DNA of 64,000 nucleotides from Azolla caroliniana (GCA_043228905.1 JBHGNT010000011.1:17484001-17548000); one strand, 5' to 3'. Shown: positions 1 through 13,436, counted from the first letter of the stretch. The notes: generated by a model not told the origin, from the letters alone. A program made the numbers and translations.

Positions 1-1905
1 AAAATATTAGATGGGTCTATAAGAATCAAATTCTAAGTATCATCGTTGCTGGATCTATGAGAACCATATAAAGTATGAGAGCCTAACCCATTTAATGGGT
101 CTATGAGCGCCAAATGCTGAGTCTTAATCCCATATGCTGAGATGGGATTGCTATACAAAGCGTTCAATATTTTCTGCTCTTGTCCTTGTGTGTGCTAGTT
201 GTGTGGTTTCGGGAATGCGGTACATTGATCAGTATGGATGTATCCGGGTATATCGAAATAATTGCTGGTTTAAATCGTATGTTTAAAGATGAAGTTTTAA
301 AGATTCACTCACTCTCGCAGAGGTCTTAAAGATGAATTTGCAAGGGTACCATGGCTGTCATTTTCTCTCATTCCACAGCATAATGCGTTACTCTAGTGTG
401 ATCACTTGGAGTGCTACTATTGCTAGCCTTAGCAATTTGGGACCCTCCAAAGTAATTCTCAGCCATCAAAACCTTATTATTATTTCCCTGGTCATAAGAT
501 GCAAATGATTGAGTTCTGGCTCTCCATCTCCTTGAGTAGGTTTGGAAATCGGAGTGTATGCAATTGGAGGGGAGCTGCCTATTTTTTGGTTTCAAATGTG
601 ATGTCCCTTGATACTACTCTCCTTGTGAAAACATTATAGATGTTAATACTTTTCTTCGTCTTGCTTTAGTAAATTAATACATTTGCCTTTCACCAACATG
701 TTACCATTTTGAGACATTGGTGATGCCTTTTTGAGCATTTGTTGAAACATATTTTGTCGAAGTCTTGGAATTATTTTGATTTTACTTTGATTGTGATATT
801 AATGCCTACCATTATGATGATGATCCTTTGAAGGTTTTTATTATCAAACCTTGAAACCAAAATAAGAATGGTAAAGTGACCTTGTGCTTATCAATTACTG
901 ATTTTTCACTCTTTTTGTGCCCCCGTTCTATGTAATATATCGCTTATCATTTTCTCTTTTGAGTATCACCGATCTGTTCATATTGGGGGAAGCATGATTA
1001 ACATTGTTACCAAATTTCTAGTCATTGATGAATTCATAAGGGTGTGGAACTAAAATTATTTCTTGAAGTCACTTTAGAGTGGTTTTGAGGTCACTTCCAC
1101 GGTTTTCCATTTGTCATTTGCAATTGCCAATTTCATGGTGCTGAAGGTTGGACAATGCTCCCGGAAAACTGAAAGAAAACGATGTTTTAATTCAAACCAT
1201 GACATAATCATGAAGTTGAGCAATGGATGTTATTGAAGTATTCATGTGATGAAGATATCCGTGTAAAACTGGTTTCAGTTCCACAATAGTTTAACTTTTG
1301 AATTTACTCCAGGTTACTTGTTCATACTGCGGCTCTCCTATTTCAACACACCCGTCCCCAAACCTCCTATTTCAACACCCCTCCCCTCCCTCTCTTCTTC
1401 TTGTGTTTTTAAATTAAGAGTTAAAAACTTCTGAATTTGATTATCAATGGCTTATAATCATGAAGTATTTCAAGCTGTGACTTCTACTTCAATTTTTGAG
1501 CAGCTAATTCCACTTGCCTTGTTATTATTTTATGATTTCTCAAATCTATTTGTATAATGATGAGATATTTCAACTTGTAAATCTGCTTGAATTTTTGAGC
1601 AGCTAATTTATCCTCGTGCCTCATTATTATTTTATGTTTTCTTAAATCTATTTGTTTAATCTACTCGTCAACTATTGATGTTGAAATTTATACCATCATT
1701 CACACCTGGTTTGATACTAGACTTTGATCGACGCAAGAAGCTTTAAACACGACATGCTTTTCATTAACTTATCAACAAGGTTTTAACAAAACAAATTCAT
1801 AGATTAATGACCAAATTATCTTCAAAATACATACATATATGGATTACGGAATGTTTATTGCACTATATTCGCAACACACAACACAATTTCATCTAAAACA
1901 CACAT

Positions 1906-4539
1906 TCAATGGTGGCTTGCATTGACAAGTGCAAGAAGAAACCTCTTGTAGCTACCAGAGGTATCAGATGATATCATATCTTCTAAACTTTTATTGTACA
2001 GATGTTGGAACTCCATCTTAATAGCTTGCAAATCCATTTCCGTCCTTGTCACAATCACGCGAATCAATGCATCATCATTGGTTCCAATCCCTTTCATGGA
2101 CCAGTATAGCATCTGCAAAACATTTAACCCAGACCTTTCCTTTAGTAACCATTTCATGCGGAGAAAGATCAATAGGCCAAAAGAAAGCCCTCTCAGAAAC
2201 ACAAATACAATGTGCACAAGTATGTAGGTATAAATTAACGTCCAAATCTCACCTCTGCAAAGTACTTGGTTGGATTATGTACACACTGAATTATTGTCTT
2301 CAATAGCTTGGAGAAATTTCCAGATGTTTCAGACTCCATGACCTAGAATAAAACAAGACATTACATGCAAATTAGCACAACGTACGTATTTGCATACATT
2401 GCAACAAATCAAACATTTTACAGACAAACACACAATGCCTACTATATAAAGTCGGTCAATTCCACATAACTGTAAATGTGGCGTCCTTGCGAAATTGCTT
2501 ATTTAGCGGGCAATGCGGCTACGTTTCCTTTGGGGACACACCTTTAAAACACTAACACATTTCCAATGGGGATTGTTTTTTCTGTACAGTGATCTAGAAG
2601 GTCGATGCCAGGCATAGATTCCTTGTGAAATAGCAAAATCAATTTGGGTTGTTATCTCCCCATTTTGAGCATTGTTAACTCTAGGATATTTTGTCAGCAT
2701 GGTTTTCATATCAGATCAGAACCAATGCTTTACCCTCGCAGGTGCTTAGGATCGTAGTAAAGATAGCAAGGTTTATTTGTATAATGAGGTTATAAACATC
2801 CTAAAACCCTAATAATGAGGTTTACTAACTTTTTATAAGGGCACCAACAAAACCCTAACAATAAATACGATGAAGAATGCATGACTATCCAAACCTTTTC
2901 AATATCCTGATTGTAGCTCTCCCAGTATCTACGGAATGCAGCATTCAATTGTCTCGCAGTTCGAGAGCTGAAGACATGAATTATGTCTGCCTCGTCGGTA
3001 CCGATCCTGCCTTCAGTGGCTTTATAGAGCAACCTGGCATCGTCGAGCGCCTGGGACTCATCATCGAAAGGAGATTCTTGCCTAGGGTTAGTCATGTATG
3101 CCATCAGAAGCTGCAACAAACACATAATACATTATCAGAGAAAAGAAACTTGTCAGTGCTCTGGAGTCATCCAGCATTTCAGCTTTCATTCTTTCCAACC
3201 GTTGATTCTTCTAAAGGAGGATAACAATCAGACAAATTTATTTGACCATATCACGTTATCGAAACCATAAAGAGCAGTGAGACTGAATTGGAGCTCAGAT
3301 GCTTAGGGTGAACATACCGTCCTATAGTCACCACTTGTATCCGAAACAATGTCCGCATGGAGGTTCCGCTTATATATTGAATTGTAGGCTCGCTGTATTG
3401 CTTCTAACTGTGATGTGGTGCGAGAGCAAATGATTTCGATCAAAGCAATGTCCTTTGTACCCAATCCTTGGAGGGCATCCCTCAGTATGGCCGCATCTCT
3501 TTCGGCTGGTTCCAACATCCAAAGAACAACTGCTTTCTGTGTGTATAACCAACAATACAGGTCCAGATATAATAATGTCGAAATCGAGATATATGGCAGC
3601 ATGACAAAGATAACGTTTGATGGTTCTTTTCACCAATTTAAACACCTCTAATATTTAAGTAGGGAAAATCAGCCACATATTTGGTTGTAATTTGCAAGAT
3701 AGGTTTGCCCTTAATTAAGGATTGACATATAGATCAACTGTAACTTATTCTCTAGCTAATTCACCGGTAAGTAGGGGCAGATTATGCAATCAATCTCCTA
3801 ATTATAAAACTTATCATTTGAATTTGGTGCAAAATTGTTAAAACAGATTAGATAGCTAAGTAAATTTGAAGGGTACGTTCGGGGAGGATTGATGGATGTT
3901 CAACCCAAATACGAACCTCAAATTTGCCGTGGAGCTCCGATTTCAAATTATCAATGAGATCGTCGCCATAATGTATCTTATACTCTCGGCGTAGTTCTTG
4001 CCGTTGCACATAATTCCTGTGTGCGAGAATCTCGATGACTTTCCTGTCATCGCAGCCCAAACCTAAAGCATCACCACAGAAGACAAATCAGATCATTCTT
4101 TTGCAATACTAGCCGGGCCTCTGAAGTTTCTTTCACATAAGAAATTCCTCTTTTGAGTGTCTTTAATTTAAACTACTGTGTTGCCATTCCAACCTATACT
4201 TGTTGCTTTAAATGTTTTCTGGCATTTAAATCTCAAAATAAATAAGTATTGATAACGACATCTGAAGCATGCTATGAGAAACAAACGGTCTTTACTTTAC
4301 TTTACTGTGCTACCTACATGTCTGGCATTGTAAGGAATTTGGAGTTTCTGATAAACATATTTTCTGTTTTTCATTTTGCAGACTATATTTCTGTTATGAA
4401 CATATGTGAAATCTAATATATCGGAAACATTGAGCAATGAGTCGAACATTTGGGAGATTTTGAGCGCTGCGAAGGAGAAGAAGAACGTACCTTTGAAAGC
4501 CTGGAAGAGATTTACACAGTCCTCTTGGATTCTTGACAT
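1906..4539 (-). CDS. ANN5: Annexin D5-like gene 1 (type A, short N-terminus), 6 exons, 308 aa, intact
   Basis: Exons (minus) 4539-4491, 4062-3917, 3536-3318, 3110-2895, 2342-2253, 2112-1906 (49+146+219+216+90+207=927 nt), all GT-AG. Translation MSRIQEDCVNLFQAFK-GLGCDDRKVIEILAHR...GLGTKD...GRIGTDE...[18 protein letters not shown]...ASHH*. GxGC in repeat I and AVVLWM are typical of the ANN5/D5 group. The symbol marks the family, not proven orthology. Confidence 0.95.
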
Positions 4540-4708
4540 GGCTTCTGAAGGAAGAATGATATTCAAAACAACGACTGAATAAAGAAAGATAGAAGAATGA
4601 AGAAGATCAAACTGCAGAAGAATGGAGGTGATGAAAATGCAGAAGAAGGAGGAGTGAGGCTCAGTTGAAAGGTGAAATTGATGTGGAACTGGAGGTTCTA
4701 TGGTGGAA

Positions 4709-4716
4709 ATTTATAC
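4709..4716 (-). promoter_or_regulatory. Putative TATA box of annexin gene 1
   Basis: GGTATAAAT on the minus strand about 170 nt upstream of the ATG, followed by a pyrimidine-rich leader. The same motif lies upstream of genes 2 (12435) and 4 (38728). Confidence 0.5.
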
Positions 4717-4869
4717 CATGAAAAAGTAAGAGTCTGTCTCTGTGTGTGGATTGAGAGAGACACAGAGAGTCATGGCATCACCATCACCGTCCTCACCATT
4801 GAATAGAGGGGTGGGGGGTGCAAGTGGAGCTTCCATGGCGGCATCCCATACAGTGAAAGTCTTTGAGAC

Positions 4870-4920
4870 AGAGAGAGAGAGAGAGAAGGTCAAGGCATCA
4901 TCCATCATGACTAGATTTTG

Positions 4921-4958
<38 letters not shown>

Positions 4959-5110
4959 AAGGCATCATCCATCATGACTAGCTTTTGATTGAAAGAGAGA
5001 GAGAGAGAAGGTCAAGACATCATCCATCATGACTAGCGGTTGACTCAGAGAGAGGGAGAGAAGGTCAAGGCATCATCCATCACGATTAGCTTTTGACTGA
5101 GAGAGAGAGA
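4870..5110. repeat. Tandem ~50-70 bp promoter module (GA)n-AAGGTCAAGGCATCATCCATCATGACTAGCTTTTGAC, four copies
   Basis: Copies read directly at about 4886, 4953, 5008 and 5061. Three more lie at about 6888, 6939 and 7011 beyond the LINE insertion. Confidence 0.9.
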
Positions 5111-5123
5111 GAAAGAAAGAAAG

Positions 5124-6880
5124 ATATATTAACGTCTTCTAAGGCCAAAATTGGCCCATGAGACAAATGGTTTACAAAAAAATGGGATATTTACCCATTC
5201 ATCGAAAGTAAAAATAAAAATAAGATAAAAATAGAGTTTAAGCTAAATAGTTCTAACAAAATAACAAAACTGTTCTATATAAAAAACATGTTCTACAATG
5301 AAAACGATGTTAAACTAGGCCTAATTTCATTTCCATCCAAGTCTCTCGAAGAGAAGCGGGAGGTCAAAGGGTTGTGATGTGGATGTGGCCCGTGGTCCCA
5401 ATATAAAAGATACCCCAACCATAGCTTCTAGTTGATGTAGCTCACGTTCCCTTATCTTCTTAATCTTTTCTACTCCACGTCGACTTGTTTTAAAGCCCAA
5501 TATCCGAGGGCGTTTGGTTGTTCTTTGCATTTCTGCTTCCTCAAGGGAGAGGCCGAGCGGCGTAAATGTATCCACATTCATCGTCTCCCCTTGTTCCTGA
5601 AAAATTACAGTAGTTACATGTTGATGAATAGTAAAAGGGTTATGGTTAACACTTTGTAATTTATTCTCCCTATATTGTTTTAGTTCTAAGATATACCTAC
5701 CTAGTCTCTTTACACTCGGGGTATCTAATAGTTTTGAGAGGGTGGGAGAGGGTCCTAATATGTCTTGGTATTCTGCTCGTATCTTGGCATAAGTTGGGCA
5801 CTTGCATGTGAAGTGATACTCATCCTCTATCTTTATATGGCATAACCTACATAGCCTTTCCTCTCTAGGGACTCTATTAGCCCGACCATTCTCAATCTCA
5901 AGTTGGTGAGATGATATCCTAAGTTGTCCAATGGCCACCCTTAGTGCATTTGATAAGAATGTATCTAGATATCTTGGTCGTGTAATAAAACCTAACTTAG
6001 AGAAATGCAAGAAGTGTTCCTTATAGTACAACATTTTCGATGGGAGTGGCTCTCGTGGTGTGATCCATTTATATCGAGTGTAAATTTGTCATATTTCTTG
6101 GTGTATCACTTTATTACGGTCTTCATGAGAGATTAGAGTTTGACCAGTCCCATGGTTGTACTTAAGGGGAGGTAGGTTATTAATGTCTATGGCGTTTGCA
6201 AGTAACCAACTCACCACAATGCTATACCAAGATGCATGTAGGGATCATGATGCCTCAAAGGCTCGATGGGATATCCTATCTTGTGGTTGACTAAGGATCT
6301 GATGAATAAAAACTACCACTTGAAAGAGCGCTTCTACTAACATCGGGGGTAGACTGAACTCTGCTCTAATAATGTCATGTGGTACCGTCAATTTGCTTCA
6401 GAGTTGATGTGATAACATCGTCACCAAAGGTCTCTTTAATTGCGTCCACATGAAAGATGGTAGACCTGGAGCCCATACTACTGATGCATACATGAGGGAA
6501 GGGATCACTAATGAGTCGAAGAGCCATCCCTTAGTCCGTGGCTCTTGAAAGTATGACTGGTGGCATTGTCTATCTAAGAGTGAGAGGGATGTTTACCCTC
6601 TCGTTAGCCTATCTTTGGTTGCCTGGGTCATCGAGAATTTACCTGAGCGAGCACTAAAAGTGACTCCCAAGTATACATATGATCCCACGACCTCAATTAG
6701 TTTATGAGAGAGGATTAGGTGACATTTACTCCTAACTCAGGACGATGTATGAAAGATAAGGACTTTAGTTTTCGTTAGATTCACTACTAGTCCTCATTGT
6801 GTACAAAAGTCATCTAGGGCATTAAGATGCTTTTATAGGTCGTGTTCCGACTCTGAGAGCAAGACAATGTTGTCTGCGTA
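5124..6880 (-). mobile_element. 5'-truncated RTE/RTEX-like non-LTR retrotransposon inserted in a (GA)n tract
   Basis: Minus strand near 6880 reads LYADNIVLLSESEHDL*KHLNALDDFCTQ*GLVVNLTKTKVLIF (RT YADD region, with stops). ORF 5327-6034 has LRISSHQLEIENGR...RLCRLC...EDEYHF..CP.Y (C-terminal CCHC domain). The 3' end is TGTCTCATGGGCCAATTTTGGCCTTAGAAGAC plus a microsatellite tail. Confidence 0.85.
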
Positions 6881-7046
6881 GAGAGAGAAGTTCAAGGCAT
6901 CATCCATCATGACTAGCTTTTGACTGAGAGATAAAGAGAAGGTCAAGGCATCATCCATCATGACTAGCTTTGACTAAGAGAGAGAGAGAGAAAGAAAGAA
7001 AGAAAGAAAGAAGGTCAAGGATTATCCATGAAAACCAACTTTTGAC
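6880..7046. repeat. Continuation of the W-box/TCATGA/(GA)n tandem module, three copies
   Basis: Same unit as 4870-5110; the last copy is degenerate. Confidence 0.85.
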
Positions 7047-7269
7047 TTTTGGTGGATAAGGACTTAGTGTGGGGTCAAGAGGATGGACCAAATAGTTAAC
7101 CCACTTACCACCCAAAATAAGAGAGAGTGTGTGTTATATATGAATAGCAAATGCTTATATTATTGCCATAGGATATAGGCCAAATACACAAAAGAACATG
7201 AATGTCTTGGAGATTCAAGTTAACCTAACAACTCTTTTTACATAATGTCCCCAAATACAACTCTTTTGA

Positions 7270-8900
7270 CTCTATGGCTTTTAACTATCCCCAAAACTTA
7301 GATCTATTACGAAAATTTTCAAATATCGATCTACTTCCTCTATTGAATCGTGAGTTCTCATGTACACTTGACAATGATTTGGCAAATGCACTGTCATTAT
7401 ACAAATTTGGGATGTCCACTAAGGCATCCTTCACACAATCAATGTGGATCATTTGATGCAAAAAGTGGTGAAGTCACTAGTGTATGGTCGGCCTGCTCTT
7501 TAATGGGGAAAACCTTTTTTGGTACGGTATATGCAAGACCTAAGAACAATGTTTATGATTTCCTATGGATCATGTCTTGGAGTTCCTTTGGTTTGATGAC
7601 AAGATTCAAGCTCAATTTTGACAAAGTCAAAAAGTCTCCCTTTACAAGTTGAACAATGTCATTGTCTATGGCTACCAAGATAGATAGATAATTCAACCCC
7701 ATGAGTTAGTACTCTATTTTGGCTATCCTCTCTCATAAATTAGTTGCACAAAATCAAGAGTTGAATAATGAATTAGATGTTTGAGAATACCAATGAAAAA
7801 CTTTTGACATTGGTCACTATCCTCTTGACCACTTCATGTTAGATTGAGAAACGTGCAATTGATATTTTGCTTTTATTAAATTTTTGCATGCCACTTTTTG
7901 CATGGTCGTTTAAGAGAATTAATGAATCCATTTTGGCAAAGCTCCAAAACCTTTTGGAAAACTTTAAATGCCAACAAGATTCCGCTAGTTAAGTTTGGAA
8001 GATTTATGCTCCCCAATCATGTGGGTAGTTAACTATTCTCAATATGAACATATGTACAAAAGCTTGTCACAAACAATACTACATTTTATTAAACGAGGCA
8101 TCCATTAACACTTTTCGCCACTTGTATTTGTTTATGCGCTCTCCACAACTAATGCTTGGGCTTGGGTTCTCAAGTCATGTATGCACTATTGCAAATCCGA
8201 GATTCCACACATTCTAGCTTCTCATGTATTTTTATCCTTTCCTTTAATTTTCTTTTACATTTGGGTCGTTTTGTCTTTTGAGAGCAAGTAATTTACTATA
8301 GTCCTTGTGGATGTAAACATAGAGAAGGGAGCGTTCCTAGATTTCATTCCTCCTACACCTTGTATTGCCGTGGTCAACATCCATTGCTAAATTAAAAAGA
8401 CCACCTTCACAATTAACAACGGTTTAATTGGCCCCACTTGTTCGTCATGTAGTAAAATCTATGATGTTGTATAACAATAATCATGGGTGGATGTACATTG
8501 ATATGACATATGGAATGTGAAAAACCATTGACAAGCTAGAAATCAAGACTTAAAAATGTATTTGCATGAATTTGATGTTGCTCCAATTCTATGTCTTTGT
8601 GTAGCAGAGTTTAGTAGGAGTACTACAAATGTGAGGAACATTTCAAACTAAAACGTTAACATTTGCAACTTGCAGACAAGAAACAACGTGAACATATTCA
8701 TGAAAGCAGATCCTACGCTTTTTATGAACATTGCCAATTAGACATAGTTGTCTATTGTGGCTACAAAGCTACACAAAAGTCATATTTCTTGGTCCTAGTT
8801 TTGGCAAGTTCTTAATGAATTTCAAGAAGATTTTCTTGCAACCATGTCCGTTATGGTCAACTTACCACCAATCCAACTAAATCAATATGATTTCATGAGT
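7270..8900 (-). mobile_element. Highly degenerate LTR-retrotransposon (Ty3/gypsy-like) pol relic
   Basis: Scattered integrase-like traces on the minus strand (e.g. AYR..K.GFSP-like near 7500-7550). No intact ORF; boundaries are approximate. Confidence 0.3.
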
Positions 8901-8958
8901 TCCAAGAACATCCTTTGAGAAGACCCTCAAAATGTCCATGGGATGACGTCATGGAAAG

Positions 8959-9201
8959 TTTAGTACGTAAAATTCGTGTTCGTCTAGCGTAACATTCGTT
9001 TTCCTACATTGGAAAACGAATGCGAATGTTATTCAAACATTCTTGTGTTTTTTTTTTGTTTTTTTCCATTTTTTAGGCTTATTTACCTCATAATAAATAG
9101 TTAATCCGAAAGTATGGTATTTATCATTCTTTGAGGGTGTTTTTCTTACGCGAATGATTGAAACATTCACGAATGCGAATGGATGTATGGTTCATACTAT
9201 G
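8959..9201. mobile_element. hAT-type MITE, family copy 1
   Basis: Ends (T)TAGTACGTAA...TTCATACTATG. 8-bp TSD ATGGAAAG (8951-8958) / ATGGAAAC (9202-9209). Inverted homology to 17631-17885. Confidence 0.75.
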
Positions 9202-9609
9202 ATGGAAACTATGACAAATTTAGGCATTGAGAATAGCTTTGTAAATGTCATGAACCCCTCACGTGTTTAAATTGGAACTTGAAAATCTTTCAAGCTCTCT
9301 GCCATTGCTTTCATCCTTTATCGCTTTATATGATACAATTAATGAAACTCACCCTCTTGCAACATGTAAATTGTTAGGTGGGGGGGGATTTTATTTATCA
9401 AGGTTATGTTGCTGACTTTTTTTATGCATTGACGAATATATTTTATGATTCCAAAAGAATGATGGAGACTCAAACTTTTGGTCCATGTATGTTATTTTGG
9501 TCTTCCATTCAAAGATATCATTATGTTTGTCATGTCTCTCATGAAATTGGTGGGCATGTTTTTTATCTCACATATATCCTTGGGGTAGGTCGCAAGGGTA
9601 GGTGCAATG

Positions 9610-11040
9610 AGTCTTGACCTCCATGGGTCACAATATCCATCTAAAACATACATTACAATGACGACGGTGAAATTTAATGCATGTTCTCTAGCGAGTGTGA
9701 TCACATGCACAAATCCTGGTTTGAGCTTGCCAACGAACACGATGCAAGATTAAGATGCCTTGATTGTTTCGCATGTTGCATATATTTAGTAATTTGAATT
9801 GAATTCCATTTAAATCATGAGTTCCGTATATATTAGGACAACTCATTCGTGTAAACATTGTTGTTTGTTTAGAGCTATGAAAAACTCTTAATTGATTGAA
9901 GCTTCATAACGTCTAGTTGTGGTTCCCACCAAGGAATCCAATGGATTGAATTGTCTTAATGAAGCTCATGCGAAAAGTCATTGATAACATATCTAGATCT
10001 CGTCTTTGTAAAACACCAATACATACAATTAATTATATGTAGAGGAATGGATAGCGTAAGTAAGATGTGTGTGTGTGTGTGTGTGTGTGTGTTATAGAGA
10101 GAGCAAATTAGACACCAAAGTGAATCGAATCTAGTAGGCGAAACTGGGGAAGATTTACAAATTACAAAAACAAAATGAGCATTAGATTTAAGAGGGTAGA
10201 TTTCATATAAGACTTGGTCTATAAAGAACATATATGTGAGTACCCATAAAAAAGTTAGGACCAATCTTGAAATGAATGTGAGAGTGACTGAGGTATTTAA
10301 CCTATCCTCCCTCAATGCTATGGCATCTAACTTTTGTTATATGGTTATGGAAGACTATAGCATAGGTTGACTACATTGTTGAGCCTGAGATCTCAATAAC
10401 ATTAGCATGCATTACAATTACAATGGTGAAATTTGATGCAACAATGAACACAATGCAAGATTACAAAACACAAAACAGGGGGTGAACAAACAACATCAAT
10501 CAACGAGTACATGCACAACAATTGGTGTATTTACTACCTTTTATGTGTACTTTAAATCATGACTTCCATATATATTGGGTCAACTCATCCATGTCAAAGT
10601 TATTGCTAGGTTAAAGCTATGAAAAGAAAACTTTAATTGATTGAAGCTTCATAAAGTATAGTTGCAACTTGTAGTTCCTACCAACTGAACCGAATGGATT
10701 GAATCGTCTTAATGATGCTAGATCTCATCTTTGTAAAAAGCAAAGACATATAATTAATTATATGTAGAGGAATGGATGAACTAAGATGTTTGTTTGTTTG
10801 TGTTTGTGTGTGTGTGTTTTAAAGCGAGCAAATTAGACACCAAAGAGAATAGAATCTATTAAGCGAAACTAGTGGAAGATTTACAAATTGCAAAAAAAAT
10901 GTGAACGTTAGGTCCGAGAGGATAGATTTAGTATAAGATTTGGTCTATAAAGTTAGGACCAATCTTGTAATGAAAAGTCTTGACCATTCTTCAGTGCACG
11001 TCTCAGATGTTGTTAGCACGTCCTTACTACAAAAAGTCAA
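9610..11040. repeat. Locally dispersed ~0.6-0.7 kb repeat, two tandem copies (others at ~32295-32810 and ~36370-37230)
   Basis: Shared blocks such as GAGCAAATTAGACACCAAAG...GAAGATTTACAAATTACAA...AGACTTGGTCTATAAAGAAC at about 10100, 10825, 32625 and 37020. Confidence 0.8.
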
Positions 11041-11157
11041 AAGTAAGTCATGATCGATGGGTTTCTCTTGAGTGACACACACACACACTCTCTCTCTCTC
11101 TCTCAAGACTCACACATCACACACAGAGAGTCAAAAGCACATTATGATAGATGAGTC

Positions 11158-11191
<34 letters not shown>

Positions 11192-11192
11192 G

Positions 11193-11228
<36 letters not shown>

Positions 11229-11260
11229 CACGCAGGCACGCAAACATTCAGTTGGTATAA

Positions 11261-11417
11261 GGCTTTTGGTCTATAAAGAACATATATGTTGAGTACACAT
11301 AAAAAGTCAAAGACCAATCATGTAGTGAAAAGTCTTGACTATTCTTAAATTGGGCGTCTCACGTGTTGTTAGCAAGTCCTTGTAACATAAAGTCAATAGC
11401 AGGTCATGATAGATGGG

Positions 11418-11470
<53 letters not shown>

Positions 11471-11658
11471 CACGCAGGCACGCAAACATTCAGTTGGTAT
11501 AAGGCTTTTGGTCTATAAAGAACATATATGTTGAGTACACATAAAAATTCAAAGACCAATCATGTAATGAAAAGTTTTGACTATTCTTAAATTGGGCGTC
11601 TCACGTGTTGTTAGCAAGTCCTTGTAACATAAGTCAATAGCAGGTCATGATAGATGGG

Positions 11659-11702
<44 letters not shown>

Positions 11703-11917
11703 ACATGCACGCAGGCACGCAAACATTCAGTTGGTATAAGGCTTTTGGTCTATAAAGAACATATATGTTGAGTACACATAAAAATTCAAAGACCAATCAT
11801 GTAATGAAAAGTCTTGACTATTCTTAAATTGGGCGTCTCGCGTGTTGTTAGCAAGTCCTTGTAACATAAAGTCAATAGCAGGTCATGATAGATGGGTCTC
11901 TCTCTCTCTCTCTCTCA

Positions 11918-11951
<34 letters not shown>

Positions 11952-12140
11952 CACGCAGGCACGCAAACATTCAGTTGGTATAAGGCTTTTGGTCTATAAA
12001 GAACATATATGTTGAGTACACATAAAAATTCAAAGACCAATCATGTAATGAAAAGTTTTGACTATTCTTAAATTGGGCGTCTCACGTGTTGTTAGCAAGT
12101 CCTTGTAACATAAAGTCAATAGTAGGTCATGATAGATGGG

Positions 12141-12192
<52 letters not shown>

Positions 12193-12367
12193 GCATGCAG
12201 GCACGCAAACATTCAGTTGGTATAAGGCTTTCGGTCTATAAAGAACATATATGTTGAGTACACATAAAAATTCAAAGACCAATCATGTAATGAAAAGTCT
12301 TGACTATTCTTAAATTGGGCGTCTCACGTGTTGTTAGCAAGTCCTTGTAACATAAAGTCAATAGCAG

Positions 12368-12428
<61 letters not shown>

Positions 12429-12442
12429 TCAGCTGGTATAAA
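11261..12442 (+). repeat. Tandem array of five ~240-bp units ending at the TATA box of annexin gene 2
   Basis: Units 11261-11502, 11503-11739, 11740-11983, 11984-12225 and 12226-12441 (last shorter). Each carries CACGTG (CGCGTG in unit 3), AAGTCAA, (CT)n(CA)n and terminal GGTATAA; GTCATGAT is in all but the last. Confidence 0.95.
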
Positions 12443-12637
12443 ATTGGGCCATGGCAGCTCGATTTGCTCATCCATTCCAGCTTCCAACTGAGCCTCCCTT
12501 CGTCTGCATTTTGATCTTCTTCAGTCTTTGCCATCTTCATTCTTCGCAGTTTCCCAATTCTCCTTCCCTCCCTTCCTCTGCTTGTTCATAATCTTCTTCT
12601 CCTTTCTTCGCCGAAAATTTTGAACTGATCAGGAGCC

Positions 12638-13436
12638 ATGCCATTCGCTAAACAGACTGACTGTGTCAATCTCTTCGAGGCTTTCAAAGGTAGTAGCTTC
12701 TTCTTCCTTCTCCTTCTCCTCCTCACGCTCTCCCAAATGTCCGACTCGTTTTCGTATGTTAGATTCCGCATTATGTTATATGGCCATAGCAGAAATTGGG
12801 TCTGCAAATAGAACAAGAAAAGAATGCTTAGCAGAAACTCCGCAGATGGGCCAAAATTGTGGCCCAGTAATGTAAAGACCGGTCATTCTTCATTGCATGT
12901 CTCAGATGTTGTTAGCAATCTTTATTATTATTTTTAGGTTTTAATGTCAGAAAACATTGGAAGCCACAAATCTAGGTCGAAAATAACAACAAAGTAGAGT
13001 TTAAATTACTGATAAGTACCGTGTAGGAGATGTACATTCAACTTGCAGTAATAATTCTACCAAACTATTAAATGTATAGGAAAGAATTGATCTGCTCAAT
13101 AAATACGAAAGAAGAATGTAGATAGAAACTGGTGACAATGAAGCAAGGGTAGTGCGGTAATTGTCCATCACTGATAACGTAAGTAGCAGGAAAGATTAGA
13201 GGACATCTACACTCATGAGATTAGACGTAGCAATGAAGTTCTGTTATATTAGCCACATTGAAATCGATAATGTGACATGCTGTTAATTGGAAATCTAGAT
13301 TGAAAAGGTGAGAGTGAAGTATAAAATAACAATTCTTTATTTAACTTCTCGTCAGAAAGTTTGTAAGAGATCTAGATTTGAAAACCTACCTCACTCTAGA
13401 AAGGGGGGAATATAGACTGAAGACGCGACTGTGTTG

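Noticed and set aside
11261-12442. Possible CRISPR-like array
   Set aside because: Units are near-identical with no unique spacers, and the context is eukaryotic.
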